Assembly: GCA_017441295.1 (NCBI GenBank)
Contig: JAFRYA010000012.1
Span: forward strand, 13,714-77,713
Direction of reading: 5' to 3'
Source: Lachnospiraceae bacterium
GTDB lineage: Bacteria; Bacillota; Clostridia; Lachnospirales; Lachnospiraceae
DNA length: 64,000 nucleotides
A program made the position numbers and the translations under genes. This document shows, piece after piece, positions 1-9,184 of the stretch (its first letter is position 1; every line of letters begins with the position of its first letter). The notes below the pieces were generated by a model. That model had not been told where the DNA came from, did not search any database, and saw only the letters and a program-made list of their open reading frames with translations.

Positions 1-455
1 GCCGCGAATGCGCATACGCTGCCGTCTTCAACCTTGTCTGTTACGTTCAGCTCTGCTCCTACTGTTGAGAATGCTCTGGTACGCTGTGTTTCCTTAACAT
101 ATCCTTTAACATGGCCTATAACAGCGCCCTCGCTGTTCAGCCACTCTTTAACGTTCTGTATTGACTGCTCCATTACAGCAGCTGCATCCTCATAGTGCAT
201 CTTGCTGTTTTTCTCAAATGAACATACAGTAGCGCCTTCGTGAACATGGCTTTCAAAAATCTTGTATCCAGGGATACTCTCTTCATGCTCATGATCATGG
301 TCATGATGATGGTGGTCATGGTGGTGGTCATGCTCATGATGATGCTCATGATGATGCTCATGCTCATGGTCATGGTCGTGATGATGATGCTCATGCTCGT
401 GCTCATGTTCATGTTCATGCTCGTGCTCGTGTTCGTGCTCGTGTAATTCGCTCAT
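1..455 (-). CDS. Histidine-rich putative metal-binding protein, partial (3' end beyond window). Possibly a detached CobW_C-like partner of the upstream GTPase.
   Basis: Hand translation of the reverse strand from ATG at 455-453. It is absent from the ORF track because there is no stop inside the window. Sequence is MSEL, then a 55-residue tract with 33 His alternating with Glu/Asp, then ESIPGYKIFESHVHEGATVCSF...AVIGHVKGYVKETQRT... A GGGAG RBS lies about 6 nt upstream. The start is 4 nt after the stop of 459..1082. Confidence 0.6.
   Translation of the reverse strand, partial: MSELHEHEHEHEHEHEHEHEHEHHHHDHDHEHEHHHEHHHEHDHHHDHHHHDHDHEHEESIPGYKIFESHVHEGATVCSFEKNSKMHYEDAAAVMEQSIQNVKEWLNSEGAVIGHVKGYVKETQRTRAFSTVGAELNVTDKVEDGSVCAFA
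279..443 (-). repeat. Low-complexity coding repeat (CAY-GAR/GAY codons) encoding the poly-His/acidic tract
   Basis: Direct reading: catgag/catgat/catcat units. Two off-frame ORFs in the track (173..418, 240..446) are artefacts of this repeat. Confidence 0.8.
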
Positions 456-458
456 AAT

Positions 459-1082
459 TTACTCCCAACTTAAAATTTCCTGAATGATTTCATCGCATGT
501 CTTTACGAGACCTTCAGGATCACTCTTGGCAGATACCTTATAAATCTGGCCTTCTGTATGGCTCTCAACATCCTTTACAGCTGCTTCCAGGTCTTCAGGT
601 TTAGCAATGTCAGTCTTGTTGATCAGGACGTAATTTGCGTTTGTGATCTGGTCATATACCAGCTCACCTGCTGCGCGGATCAGTCTGACCCAACGGCTGG
701 CATCAACAACTATGCAGGTGGTGATGTTCATGTTCTCATCGTAATAATCCCAGAGATTGGCTGCAATGTCATCCGGTCTGGCCAGTCCTGTGGCTTCGAG
801 GATAACCCAGTCAGGATTCTCGTTCTTCTCGATGTCGGCCAGGCACTCCATTAATGGTCCGACCAGTGAGCAGCATACGCATCCGTTAAACATTTCTTTG
901 GAAGAATATGAGCTGCCATCCAGGAAAACGTTGTCAACTCCTACCTGTCCGATCTCGTTCTCGATAATAACAAGTTTGGTAGTGTCTCCGCTTTCACAGG
1001 AATCAACGATCCTGCGTGCAAGAGGCATAAGAATGCTTGTTTTGCCGGCTCCAAGGAATCCGGCTAAAATAATTAATCTCAT
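459..1082 (-). CDS. G3E-family P-loop GTPase, COG0523/CobW-like metallochaperone, short form without a C-terminal domain
   Basis: Walker [10 protein letters not shown], the CxCC motif GCVCCS typical of COG0523, EATGLARP, and NKxD-like INKTD. Only 207 aa. Confidence 0.85.
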   Translation of the reverse strand: MRLIILAGFLGAGKTSILMPLARRIVDSCESGDTTKLVIIENEIGQVGVDNVFLDGSSYSSKEMFNGCVCCSLVGPLMECLADIEKNENPDWVILEATGLARPDDIAANLWDYYDENMNITTCIVVDASRWVRLIRAAGELVYDQITNANYVLINKTDIAKPEDLEAAVKDVESHTEGQIYKVSAKSDPEGLVKTCDEIIQEILSWE

Positions 1083-1099
1083 ATTTGCTCCTTATACTT

Positions 1100-2329
1100 T
1101 TATTTGACCATATCCGCGGTGACCGTGAATTTCTTAATGGAGTCATCTGACGGGATTTCATACATGATATCCATCATAATGCTTTCCATAATACTTCTTA
1201 ATCCACGGGCTCCTATCTTACGCTCGTTGGCCTTTCTGGCAATAGCCCTGACAGCTTCGTCTTCAAACTCCAGTTCTACGTCATCCAGTCCAAACAGCGC
1301 CTGGTACTGTTTGATCAGCGCGTTCTTAGGCTCCTTGAGGATCTTAACCATTGCCTCCTCATCCAGCGTCTGGAGAGATACAACTACAGGAACACGTCCT
1401 ACAAATTCAGGGATCAGACCATATTTAATAAGGTCCTGAGGCATAACCTGGCTGAACAGATCATCCACTTCCTGGTTTGATCCGACAGGTATGTCAGCGC
1501 CGAATCCCATGCCTTTCTTCTCCGTTCTGGATTCGATGATCTTCTCCAGTCCGGCAAACGCGCCTCCGCAGATAAATAAGATATTTGTTGTGTCGATGTG
1601 CAGCATATCCTGACCCGGATGCTTTCTGCCGCCCTGAGGCGGAACAGATGCCTGCGTACCCTCCAGGATCTTGAGCAGCGCCTGCTGAACGCCCTCACCT
1701 GAAACGTCTCTGGTGATGGATACGTTCTCACTCTTCTTAGTAATCTTATCTATCTCGTCAATATAAACTATGCCGAGCTCTGCCTTCGGAATGTCATAAT
1801 CCGCTGCCTGGATAAGCTTCAGGAGGATGTTCTCAACATCTTCTCCGACATATCCCGCCTCAGTCAGTGTAGTGGCGTCAGCGATAGCGAACGGAACATT
1901 GATGATCTTGGCCAGGGTCTGCGCAAGGAATGTCTTGCCCGAACCTGTAGGCCCGAGCATCAGGATATTGCTCTTCTGAAGCTCTACGTCCAGACTTCTG
2001 CCTGAAATGACCCTCTTGTAATGGTTGTAAACCTGAACAGCGAGGACCTTCTTGGCCTGGTCCTGCCCGATAACATATTCATCCAGGAAAGCCTTTATCT
2101 CCTTCGGCTTGCTGAGGTTAATGCTCTTGGCTGCTTCTGAATGGTCATGTTCTTCCATGTATGGTTCAGCTTCTTCGTTGTAAATATCCATGCAAGTGTC
2201 TACGCAGTCCCTGCAGATATATACTCCGTTCGGTCCGGCAATCAGCCTCTCACCTATCTCCTCAGCCGTGCGTCCGCAGAATGAGCATACCGGCATATTT
2301 CTTCTTTTGTTATTGTTCTTATCTGCCAT
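1100..2329 (-). CDS. clpX: ATP-dependent Clp protease ATP-binding subunit ClpX
   Basis: N-terminal zinc ribbon CSFCGR...CRDC, Walker A GPTGSGKT, conserved ClpX core, 409 aa. Confidence 0.97.
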   Translation of the reverse strand: MADKNNNKRRNMPVCSFCGRTAEEIGERLIAGPNGVYICRDCVDTCMDIYNEEAEPYMEEHDHSEAAKSINLSKPKEIKAFLDEYVIGQDQAKKVLAVQVYNHYKRVISGRSLDVELQKSNILMLGPTGSGKTFLAQTLAKIINVPFAIADATTLTEAGYVGEDVENILLKLIQAADYDIPKAELGIVYIDEIDKITKKSENVSITRDVSGEGVQQALLKILEGTQASVPPQGGRKHPGQDMLHIDTTNILFICGGAFAGLEKIIESRTEKKGMGFGADIPVGSNQEVDDLFSQVMPQDLIKYGLIPEFVGRVPVVVSLQTLDEEAMVKILKEPKNALIKQYQALFGLDDVELEFEDEAVRAIARKANERKIGARGLRSIMESIMMDIMYEIPSDDSIKKFTVTADMVK

Positions 2330-2337
2330 GAATAATC

Positions 2338-2919
2338 TTAATGGTTGGTGATGACTGCGTCGATCAGACCATATTCCTTTGCTTCCTCAGCGCTCATCCA
2401 GTTGTCACGCTCTGTATCGATAGCGATAGTTTCAAGGGACTTGCCTGTATTGTCTGCTAAAATCTGATTCAGCTTGTCTCTGGTCTTCAGGATATGATCA
2501 GCTGTGATCTTGATATCTGAAGCCTGTCCCTGTGTGCCGCCTGATGGCTGATGGATCATGATTTCTGCGTTTGGCAGAGCAAATCTCTTGCCCTTGGTGC
2601 CTCCTGACAGAAGGAACGCTCCCATGCTGGCTGCCATACCGATGCAAGTGGTGCAGACGTCACATTTTACATACTGCATTGTGTCATAGATGGCAAAGCC
2701 TGCGGTTACACTGCCGCCAGGGCTGTTAATGTAAAAGTTGATATCTTTATTCGGATCTTCGGACTCAAGGAAAAGCATCTGTGCCACAACCAGACCGGCA
2801 GTAACATCATTAACTTCTTCGCCCAGGAAAATGATCCTCTCCTTCAAAAGTCTGGAATAAATATCATAGGCTCTTTCGCCTCTGCTTGTTGTTTCAATGA
2901 CTGTTGGAACTAAACTCAT
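2338..2919 (-). CDS. clpP: ATP-dependent Clp protease proteolytic subunit ClpP
   Basis: [25 protein letters not shown] and catalytic-Ser context [11 protein letters not shown]. Start moved to the ATG at 2919, which is preceded by AGGAGG. Confidence 0.96.
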   Translation of the reverse strand: MSLVPTVIETTSRGERAYDIYSRLLKERIIFLGEEVNDVTAGLVVAQMLFLESEDPNKDINFYINSPGGSVTAGFAIYDTMQYVKCDVCTTCIGMAASMGAFLLSGGTKGKRFALPNAEIMIHQPSGGTQGQASDIKITADHILKTRDKLNQILADNTGKSLETIAIDTERDNWMSAEEAKEYGLIDAVITNH

Positions 2920-2942
2920 TCTGATCCTCCTATACATAGTCG

Positions 2943-2969
2943 CAGAAAGCCGGCTTAACCGGCTTTCTG
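2943..2969 (-). promoter_or_regulatory. 11-bp stem-loop between tig and clpP, with no U-tract; possible attenuator or processing site
   Basis: cagaaagccgg/cttaa/ccggctttctg is a perfect inverted repeat located just 3' of the tig stop. Confidence 0.4.
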
Positions 2970-2976
2970 TAAGTAA

Positions 2977-4413
2977 TTATTCTTTCTCTTCAGCAGCTTT
3001 CTTGGTAGTCTTCTTGGCTGCAGGCTTCTTAGCCGGTTTTTCTTCGGTGTCTTCAGCCTTCTTCTCTGCAGGTTTCTTCTTGGCTGCAGGTTTCTTCTCT
3101 GCCGGTTTTTCTTCTTCAGGCTTCTTCTCTGCAGCAACGCCTAAGTCAACGAGCAGCTCGGATGCCTTGTTAACAGCGATATCTCTCTTCAGGCCTTCAT
3201 GCTCTTCAGGAGCCATGAACTCTTTGAATTTAGCAGGATCCATCTGGTATGCTTCAGCCATTCTCTTGATCTCTGCTTCGTATTCTTCATCAGATACTTC
3301 GATGTTCTCAGCCTTGGCAATAGCTTCAAGAACCAGTCTGGTCTGGATGGTCTTAAGAGCTACCGGCTCAACTTCCTTCATGAAGTCAGCCTCAGTCTGG
3401 CCTACCATTGCCAGATACTGATCGAACGGCAGTCCCTGGTATTCCATTCTCATCTTGAAATCCTGGGCTGTGTTCTCAGCCTGTGCCTGGATCATCGGTG
3501 TAGGAACGATCATCTTGGCATTCTCGATAACCTTAGCTACGAGCTCTTCCTTAGCTGCGCTTCTGGCTTCTTCTTTCTTGCGCTCTTCGATTCTCTTCTT
3601 GATGCTGGCCTTGTACTCTTTAAGAGTATCAAACTCAGATACTTCTGAAGCGAACTCGTCATCCAGCTCAGGCAGTTCCTTAGCCTTGATCTCGTTCAGC
3701 TTGCATTTGAATACTGCAGGCTTGCCGGCCAGATGCTCTGCCTGGTACTGCTCCGGGAATGTAACGTTAACGTCGAATTCATCGCCAGGATTGTGTCCTA
3801 CGATCTGATCTTCGAATCCAGGAATAAATGTCTGTGAACCAAGTGTCAGGTTGAAACCTTCATCCTTGCCGCCATCGAATCTCTTGCCATCAAGATATCC
3901 GTCATAATCAATATTGCAGATATCGCCTAGCTGTGCAGGTCTGTCTTCAACAGGAACCTGACGGCTGTTAAGCTCACGTGTTCTCTCTAAATCTGCGTCT
4001 ACTTCAGCCTTGGTAACCTTGACGTCAGCTGGTGTGTACTCAAGACCCTTGTACTGTCCGAGTTCAACCTCCGGTTTGGTAGCAACAAGTGCTGTATAAA
4101 TGAAAGACTTACCTCTTTCGATCTGTTCAACATCGATCTCAGGCATAGAAACAATCTCCAGATCGCAGTCAGCTACTTCATCACGGTAAGAATCATTGAT
4201 CAGGAAATTAGCAGCGTCCTCGTAGAATACTTCTACGCCGAACTGCTTCTCGATCATCTTCTGAGGAACCTTGCCCTTGCGGAAGCCAGGTAAGGAAACC
4301 TGATTCTTAACCTTGTGGTATGCTCTGGTGATAGCTTCCTCGAGTTTGTCTGCTCCTAACTCGATGGTAAGTTTAGCCATATTGCCTTCTAATTTTTCAA
4401 CCTTTAAGCTCAT
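2977..4413 (-). CDS. tig: Trigger factor with a Lys/Ala/Glu/Pro-rich C-terminal extension
   Basis: MSLKVEKLEGNMAKLTIEL..., FKBP-type PPIase core, 478 aa, tail AAEKKPEEEKPAEKKPAAKKKPAEKK... Confidence 0.95.
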   Translation of the reverse strand: MSLKVEKLEGNMAKLTIELGADKLEEAITRAYHKVKNQVSLPGFRKGKVPQKMIEKQFGVEVFYEDAANFLINDSYRDEVADCDLEIVSMPEIDVEQIERGKSFIYTALVATKPEVELGQYKGLEYTPADVKVTKAEVDADLERTRELNSRQVPVEDRPAQLGDICNIDYDGYLDGKRFDGGKDEGFNLTLGSQTFIPGFEDQIVGHNPGDEFDVNVTFPEQYQAEHLAGKPAVFKCKLNEIKAKELPELDDEFASEVSEFDTLKEYKASIKKRIEERKKEEARSAAKEELVAKVIENAKMIVPTPMIQAQAENTAQDFKMRMEYQGLPFDQYLAMVGQTEADFMKEVEPVALKTIQTRLVLEAIAKAENIEVSDEEYEAEIKRMAEAYQMDPAKFKEFMAPEEHEGLKRDIAVNKASELLVDLGVAAEKKPEEEKPAEKKPAAKKKPAEKKAEDTEEKPAKKPAAKKTTKKAAEEKE

Positions 4414-4473
4414 TACAAATACTCCTTTTGTGGATTAATATTAATAAAATAAATTTATGCTCAGCAACGATAA

Positions 4474-4502
4474 ATTATAGCATAGGATTTATAAATAATC
4501 AA
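4474..4502 (-). promoter_or_regulatory. Candidate sigma-A promoter for tig (extended -10)
   Basis: The minus strand reads TTGATT, 17 nt, then TGcTATAAT, about 60 nt upstream of the tig ATG. Confidence 0.45.
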
Positions 4503-5277
4503 TGCAAATAAGTGTTAATCCTCTGGCTGATGCCTTTGGAGCGGACAGCTGCCTGTCCCTGGACTCAAGTATCTCCTTTGCATACTCCGGAGGATAGATG
4601 CCCATGCCCACCTTTTCCAGCGTGCCTGCTATGATCCTGACCATGTTGTAGAGGAATCCATTGCCCTTTACAGTAATGTCTATCCTGGCGGGTCTGAAGC
4701 CTCCTTCGGCGTCTTCTGACGGGTCCGCGTCAGGATTCAGATATGTGCTGTCTATGTCAATCGAATAGATTGTTCTGACAGGGCTCTTCTGCTGTCCGCC
4801 AGCTGTGGAAAAAGCAGTGAAATCATGTTCTCCCAGCAGATACTTAGCAGCCTTACGCATTTTCTCAACGTCCAGCGGATAATAAACATAATCTGTATAC
4901 AGCCTCATTACAGGCAGATTGTACCTGCAGTTCAGGATGCTGTAGCGGTACGTCTTGGTGCAGTCCGCATGGCGCGGATGGAAATCCGGATCAACCTCTT
5001 CTGACTTCGCTATTTTGATATCATCCGGCAGGCTCTGGTTCAGCGCCAGGGAAATCTTGGTTGAAGGTATCCTCGTCTCAGTATCAAATACAGCAATATT
5101 GCCCATGGCATGCACACCGGAATCAGTTCGGCTGGCTCCGATGACCTTGATATCTTCACCAAGCAAAGCGCTCAGATGCTCATTCAGCACCTGTTCAATA
5201 GCTATGCCGTTCTTCTGCACCTGCCATCCGACATAGTTTGTCCCGTCATATGAAACTGTCAGTTTGATCCTCTTCAT
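4489..5277 (-). CDS. truA: tRNA pseudouridine(38-40) synthase TruA
   Basis: KLTVSYDGTNYVGWQ and the catalytic RTDSGVHA motif. Confidence 0.93.
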   Translation of the reverse strand: MKRIKLTVSYDGTNYVGWQVQKNGIAIEQVLNEHLSALLGEDIKVIGASRTDSGVHAMGNIAVFDTETRIPSTKISLALNQSLPDDIKIAKSEEVDPDFHPRHADCTKTYRYSILNCRYNLPVMRLYTDYVYYPLDVEKMRKAAKYLLGEHDFTAFSTAGGQQKSPVRTIYSIDIDSTYLNPDADPSEDAEGGFRPARIDITVKGNGFLYNMVRIIAGTLEKVGMGIYPPEYAKEILESRDRQLSAPKASARGLTLICIDYL

Positions 5278-5278
5278 A

Positions 5279-6106
5279 TTACATTCTTCCGTATGTTACA
5301 AACATGTCCAGGCAGATCCTTAAGCCTACAAACACCAATACATACGCCAGCAGCACGAAGTATGCCGCCTTGTCCCTCGCTGCGTATTTGAGCGGATGCA
5401 TCTTGGTCCTGCCCTCTCCGCCGTGATAGCATCTGGATTCCATGGCGTCGGCCAGATCTGATGCCCTCCTGAACGCGGATACGAACAGAGGAATGAGAAC
5501 AGGGATCATTCCCTTGGCCTTTGCGAATATTCCGCCTGAATCGAAGTCTGCGCCCCTGGCCAGCTGTGCCTGGATTATCTTGTTGACTTCGTCAGCAAGG
5601 ATCGGTATGAATCTCAGCGCAATGCTGAGCATCATTGCCATTTCGTGTGCAGGAAAATGTATGAATTTCAGCACTGAAAAGGCCTTTTCCATACCCGCAG
5701 TCAGCGTGGTAGGTGTCGTGGTATATGTGAGCATTGATGCTCCGATAATTATAAAGATCATGCGCAGCGCGAAGAACGCGGCGCGGATCATGCCTTCATA
5801 TGTCAGTTTCAGTATCCACCACTGCCAGATTATCTGTCCTGCAGAGAAAAACAGGTTGAAGAAAACTGCCAGCAGAACCAGGAGCCAGACAAACCTCAGG
5901 CCTTTGAGGATGTATTTCAAAGGAACCTTGGACATTACGACCAGCGCAATGGCTGATGCTCCCAGGAAAATCAGGCCGTATACGTTGTTAATGACAAACA
6001 TCGCGGCAATATAAACCACAACCCCTAAGAGTTTGACTCTCGGGTCCAGCCTGTGGAGTATGGAATTAACCGGGTAATACTGCCCTATTGTTATGTCTCT
6101 GAACAT
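5279..6106 (-). CDS. ecfT: ECF transporter transmembrane (T) component
   Basis: CbiQ-like polytopic membrane protein lying directly after two EcfA genes. Confidence 0.88.
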   Translation of the reverse strand: MFRDITIGQYYPVNSILHRLDPRVKLLGVVVYIAAMFVINNVYGLIFLGASAIALVVMSKVPLKYILKGLRFVWLLVLLAVFFNLFFSAGQIIWQWWILKLTYEGMIRAAFFALRMIFIIIGASMLTYTTTPTTLTAGMEKAFSVLKFIHFPAHEMAMMLSIALRFIPILADEVNKIIQAQLARGADFDSGGIFAKAKGMIPVLIPLFVSAFRRASDLADAMESRCYHGGEGRTKMHPLKYAARDKAAYFVLLAYVLVFVGLRICLDMFVTYGRM

Positions 6107-6958
6107 TTATATCAACGGAATAATCTGTTTAAGTGCTTCATCAATGGTTATTGCATTAGCGTTTACGGGGATTCCGGCCTGTGCCAGCTCCTCCATGAAA
6201 TATGTTACTTCAGGTGCCTTCAGACCTACCTCTTCCAGTTCTTTATAACGGCTGAAGACTTCATGTGTGCTGCCATCCATTATCACATGGCCGCTGCTTA
6301 ATACTATGACCCTGTCAGCGTATGAAGCGACTTCCTCCATGCTGTGAGATACCAGAATAACTGTAATATGCCTGCTCTGCTGAATGCTCTTCAGCTCATC
6401 CAGAATGTCTGTCTTGCCCTGCGGATCAAGTCCTGCCGTAGGCTCATCCAGAATGAGTATCTCAGGCTCCATCGCCAGAATGCCGGCTATGCCCGCCCTT
6501 CTCAGTTCTCCGCCTGACAGCTCGAACGGGGACTTCTCGTAATACTCAGGTCCGAGCCCGACTGCTGCCAATGCCTTCTTGGCTAATTCTTCACTCTCTT
6601 CTTTGGTATGTCCCTGATTCTTAGGTCCAAAGCTTACGTCCTTTAGAACTTCAGTCTCGAAGAACTGATGCTCAGGATACTGAAAAGCCATGCCCACGCT
6701 GCATCTGAGCAGGCGGATCCTCTTCTTGGAATCCTGAAGCGCGTAAATGTCTTCTCCATCCCAGAGAATTGTTCCTTCTGTAGGCTTCTGAAGCGCGTTC
6801 AGAAGCTGGATCAGCGTGGATTTGCCGGATCCTGTGGAACCGATGATGGCAATGAAGCTGTCTCCGCCAAAGGTCAGATTGATATCGCTCAGCGCTTCTA
6901 CCTGCTCTGCGGAGTCCTTGTTATATATGAAATTGACATTTTTAAGTTCAATCTGCAT
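6107..6958 (-). CDS. ecfA2: ECF transporter ATPase EcfA2
   Basis: Walker A GSTGSGKST, signature LSGGELRR, Walker B ILILDEP. Confidence 0.9.
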   Translation of the reverse strand: MQIELKNVNFIYNKDSAEQVEALSDINLTFGGDSFIAIIGSTGSGKSTLIQLLNALQKPTEGTILWDGEDIYALQDSKKRIRLLRCSVGMAFQYPEHQFFETEVLKDVSFGPKNQGHTKEESEELAKKALAAVGLGPEYYEKSPFELSGGELRRAGIAGILAMEPEILILDEPTAGLDPQGKTDILDELKSIQQSRHITVILVSHSMEEVASYADRVIVLSSGHVIMDGSTHEVFSRYKELEEVGLKAPEVTYFMEELAQAGIPVNANAITIDEALKQIIPLI

Positions 6959-7823
6959 TTTTCTGTACTGCTTTTACAACGGCTTCCTTCAGTTCATCAG
7001 CCGTCAATACACCTTTCGGAATATCCATGCCCGCCTTTCTGAGCTCGTGAGCCAGCTGGCAGATCTGCGGCAGCCTGAGGCCTGCCCTCTCGAGAATATC
7101 TTCTCTTTCAAACACTTCACCAGGAGTGCCCTGCATAGCAATCTGGCCGTCGATCATTACGAAAATATGGTCCGCCATCAGTGCCTCATCCATGTAGTGG
7201 GTAATGGTTATAACCGTAATCCCCTGCTCTTTATTGAGCTTTCTGACGGTTTCCATAACCTCTTCACGGCCCCTCGGGTCCAGCATAGCTGTGGATTCGT
7301 CGAGGACAATGCATTTCGGATTCATCGCCAGAATGCCTGCTACGGCAACTCTCTGTTTCTGGCCTCCGGAGAGCTTGTTGGGTGAAGACTTGGCGTATTT
7401 CGCTATGCCTACGTTCTCAAGTGACTGTGCCACCCTTCGCTGGATTTCTTCAGACGGAACGCCAATATTCTCAAGTCCGAAAGCCACATCCTCATCAACT
7501 ACCGAGCCGATAATCTGGTTGTCCGGATTCTGAAATACCATGCCGACGTTGCCGCGGATATCCCAGAGTTTCGATGCATCCTTGCTGTCCATGCCGTCGA
7601 TCCACAGCGTGCCTTCGTTAGGCACCAGCAGCGCGTTCAGATGTCTGGCAAGGGTGGATTTGCCCGAGCCGTTCCTTCCCAGGATGCAGATGAACTGGCC
7701 GGCTTCGACGTCAAAAGACACGTCTCTGAGGGCCGGTTTTATTTCAGCGGCCTTGCCTTCATCATTATCTTCCTGGTAGGTGGGATATGTGTATGAAATT
7801 TTCTCGGATTTAATGATATTCAT
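6948..7823 (-). CDS. ecfA1: ECF transporter ATPase EcfA1
   Basis: GRNGSGKST, LSGGQKQR, CIVLDES. Overlaps ecfA2 by 11 nt. Confidence 0.9.
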   Translation of the reverse strand: MNIIKSEKISYTYPTYQEDNDEGKAAEIKPALRDVSFDVEAGQFICILGRNGSGKSTLARHLNALLVPNEGTLWIDGMDSKDASKLWDIRGNVGMVFQNPDNQIIGSVVDEDVAFGLENIGVPSEEIQRRVAQSLENVGIAKYAKSSPNKLSGGQKQRVAVAGILAMNPKCIVLDESTAMLDPRGREEVMETVRKLNKEQGITVITITHYMDEALMADHIFVMIDGQIAMQGTPGEVFEREDILERAGLRLPQICQLAHELRKAGMDIPKGVLTADELKEAVVKAVQKNAD

Positions 7824-7953
7824 AACCGAATAATATTATCAAATCCATCCAATAAAGTAAAGAGCAACACAATTTATTGCAACTTTGGTGTTATTTGTTC
7901 CAAAAAGCCGTCTCGTTTATTTTTCTTTTTATACTTAACTCAAGGACATAATT

Positions 7954-8196
7954 ATGGATACAAATAGAAGAGTTAATGCTTATATCAACAGAATACGGGA
8001 GATACGTGAAGAGCATAACCTGACGCAGCGCGCTGTTGCTGCTTATCTGCATGTTGTTACCAGAACGTACTGTGATTATGAATCCGGGCGTATCAGAATG
8101 CCCATAGACAGAATGATCAGACTCGCCAAATATTATAACGTTTCAATGGACTATATTACCGGCCTGACAAACGTCAGGGGCCATTTCCCCGGGTGA
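7954..8196 (+). CDS. XRE-family helix-turn-helix transcriptional regulator (80 aa)
   Basis: IREIREEHNLTQRAVAAYLHVVTRTYCDYESG is a typical Cro/CI HTH. Confidence 0.8.
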   Translation: MDTNRRVNAYINRIREIREEHNLTQRAVAAYLHVVTRTYCDYESGRIRMPIDRMIRLAKYYNVSMDYITGLTNVRGHFPG

Positions 8197-8236
8197 TCGT
8201 CCGCAAAAAACCGGCTGCTTCTCACAACCGGCTTTC

Positions 8237-9184
8237 TTAATCCAATTCAGGCAGCGGGTGTCCCGCGAAGAATTCTTTTATAAAAACTATTGCCTCCTTC
8301 TCATGCGGCTTGAGGCTGGAATCCTGCCTCCTCAGCAGGCAGATCATCATTTCATTAGGTGTGCCCTTTCTGAGGCTGCTTATCTTCAATACCTTAAACC
8401 TGTCCAGATCGTCTCTTCCGTCATAGAAGATAGAATAACCGCTGAGGCATGTGGCCGCGTTGCTGCTGAGCACCGCGTCTTTGACCAATGACACCGTCGG
8501 GTAAATAGTATATGACGCAGGTCTGCTGCCCTTGCCTGCTCCTAAGATGGAACTCTCAGGTGCTGAAAAGTGTGACAGCAGAACGAGATGGTGTTCCCTC
8601 AGTTCATCCATCTCCACACTGTCCCGTAAAGCCAGCGGATGGTCTTTAGAAACCAATACGTAGATGCAGTCCCTGCCCAGGATTTCCATATCTATCTGGT
8701 ATCTGAGCGCAGCGGTCTTGTACCTTTCAATCTCTTTGGTATTAAAGTATGTGACACCAATATTACCGGCGCTCTGGATCATGCTCGGTGCTACCTGCTC
8801 TCCGCTGATCACCTTGAAATCCACCGTGGCATCTTTGTTCTTGCCCAGGTAAGACTTCATGAACGGCACCGCCATGGCACAGCCAATGCTCGGTGAAGTG
8901 TAGATGTTCAGGGTCTTGTTGATCGCCATATGCTTGTCACGCAGCTTATAGAGGCTTTCGAACTTCTCGTCGATTTCCTTCATCAGCCTGATGGCTTCCT
9001 TACCCTTCTCTGTCGTTACAACTCCGTTGCTGGTGCGGCTGAAGATTTCAAATCCGACTGTTTTCTCGACATTCTTAACAATGGCTGACAATGTTGTCTG
9101 CCCTATATACAGCGTTCTCGAGGCTGCGGAGATGGAATGCAGCCTGTCAATTTCAATCATATAATTAAAATGTTCAGATCTCAT
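8237..9184 (-). CDS. LysR-family transcriptional regulator
   Basis: N-terminal HTH LHSISAASRTLYIGQTTLSAIVKNVEKTVGFEIF plus a substrate-binding domain of typical length (315 aa). Confidence 0.9.
   Translation of the reverse strand: MRSEHFNYMIEIDRLHSISAASRTLYIGQTTLSAIVKNVEKTVGFEIFSRTSNGVVTTEKGKEAIRLMKEIDEKFESLYKLRDKHMAINKTLNIYTSPSIGCAMAVPFMKSYLGKNKDATVDFKVISGEQVAPSMIQSAGNIGVTYFNTKEIERYKTAALRYQIDMEILGRDCIYVLVSKDHPLALRDSVEMDELREHHLVLLSHFSAPESSILGAGKGSRPASYTIYPTVSLVKDAVLSSNAATCLSGYSIFYDGRDDLDRFKVLKISSLRKGTPNEMMICLLRRQDSSLKPHEKEAIVFIKEFFAGHPLPELD

Noticed and set aside
173-446. Two ORF-track entries (173..418 minus, 240..446 plus) encoding Met/Ser/Thr/Ile- or Met/Leu/Val-rich low-complexity proteins
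   Set aside because: They are alternative-frame or antisense readings of the CAT/GAG codon repeat. The frame with an RBS, tight coupling to the GTPase gene and a sensible downstream domain is the poly-His ORF at 1..455 (minus).
270-450. Short periodic repeats that might suggest a CRISPR array or microsatellite
   Set aside because: The units are 3-6 nt codon repeats inside a coding frame. There are no 25-40 nt repeats with unique spacers, and no CRISPR-like array was seen anywhere in the window.
2897-3421. 174-aa + strand ORF (Ser/Ala/Phe-rich), along with other antisense ORFs across tig
   Set aside because: It is antisense to the well-supported trigger-factor gene. It has low-complexity composition and no RBS.
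8197-8236. Direct repeat AACCGGCT...AACCGGCT after the XRE gene, considered as a terminator
   Set aside because: Only an imperfect 6-7 bp hairpin can be drawn, which is too weak to call. It is more likely a chance repeat in a short convergent spacer.
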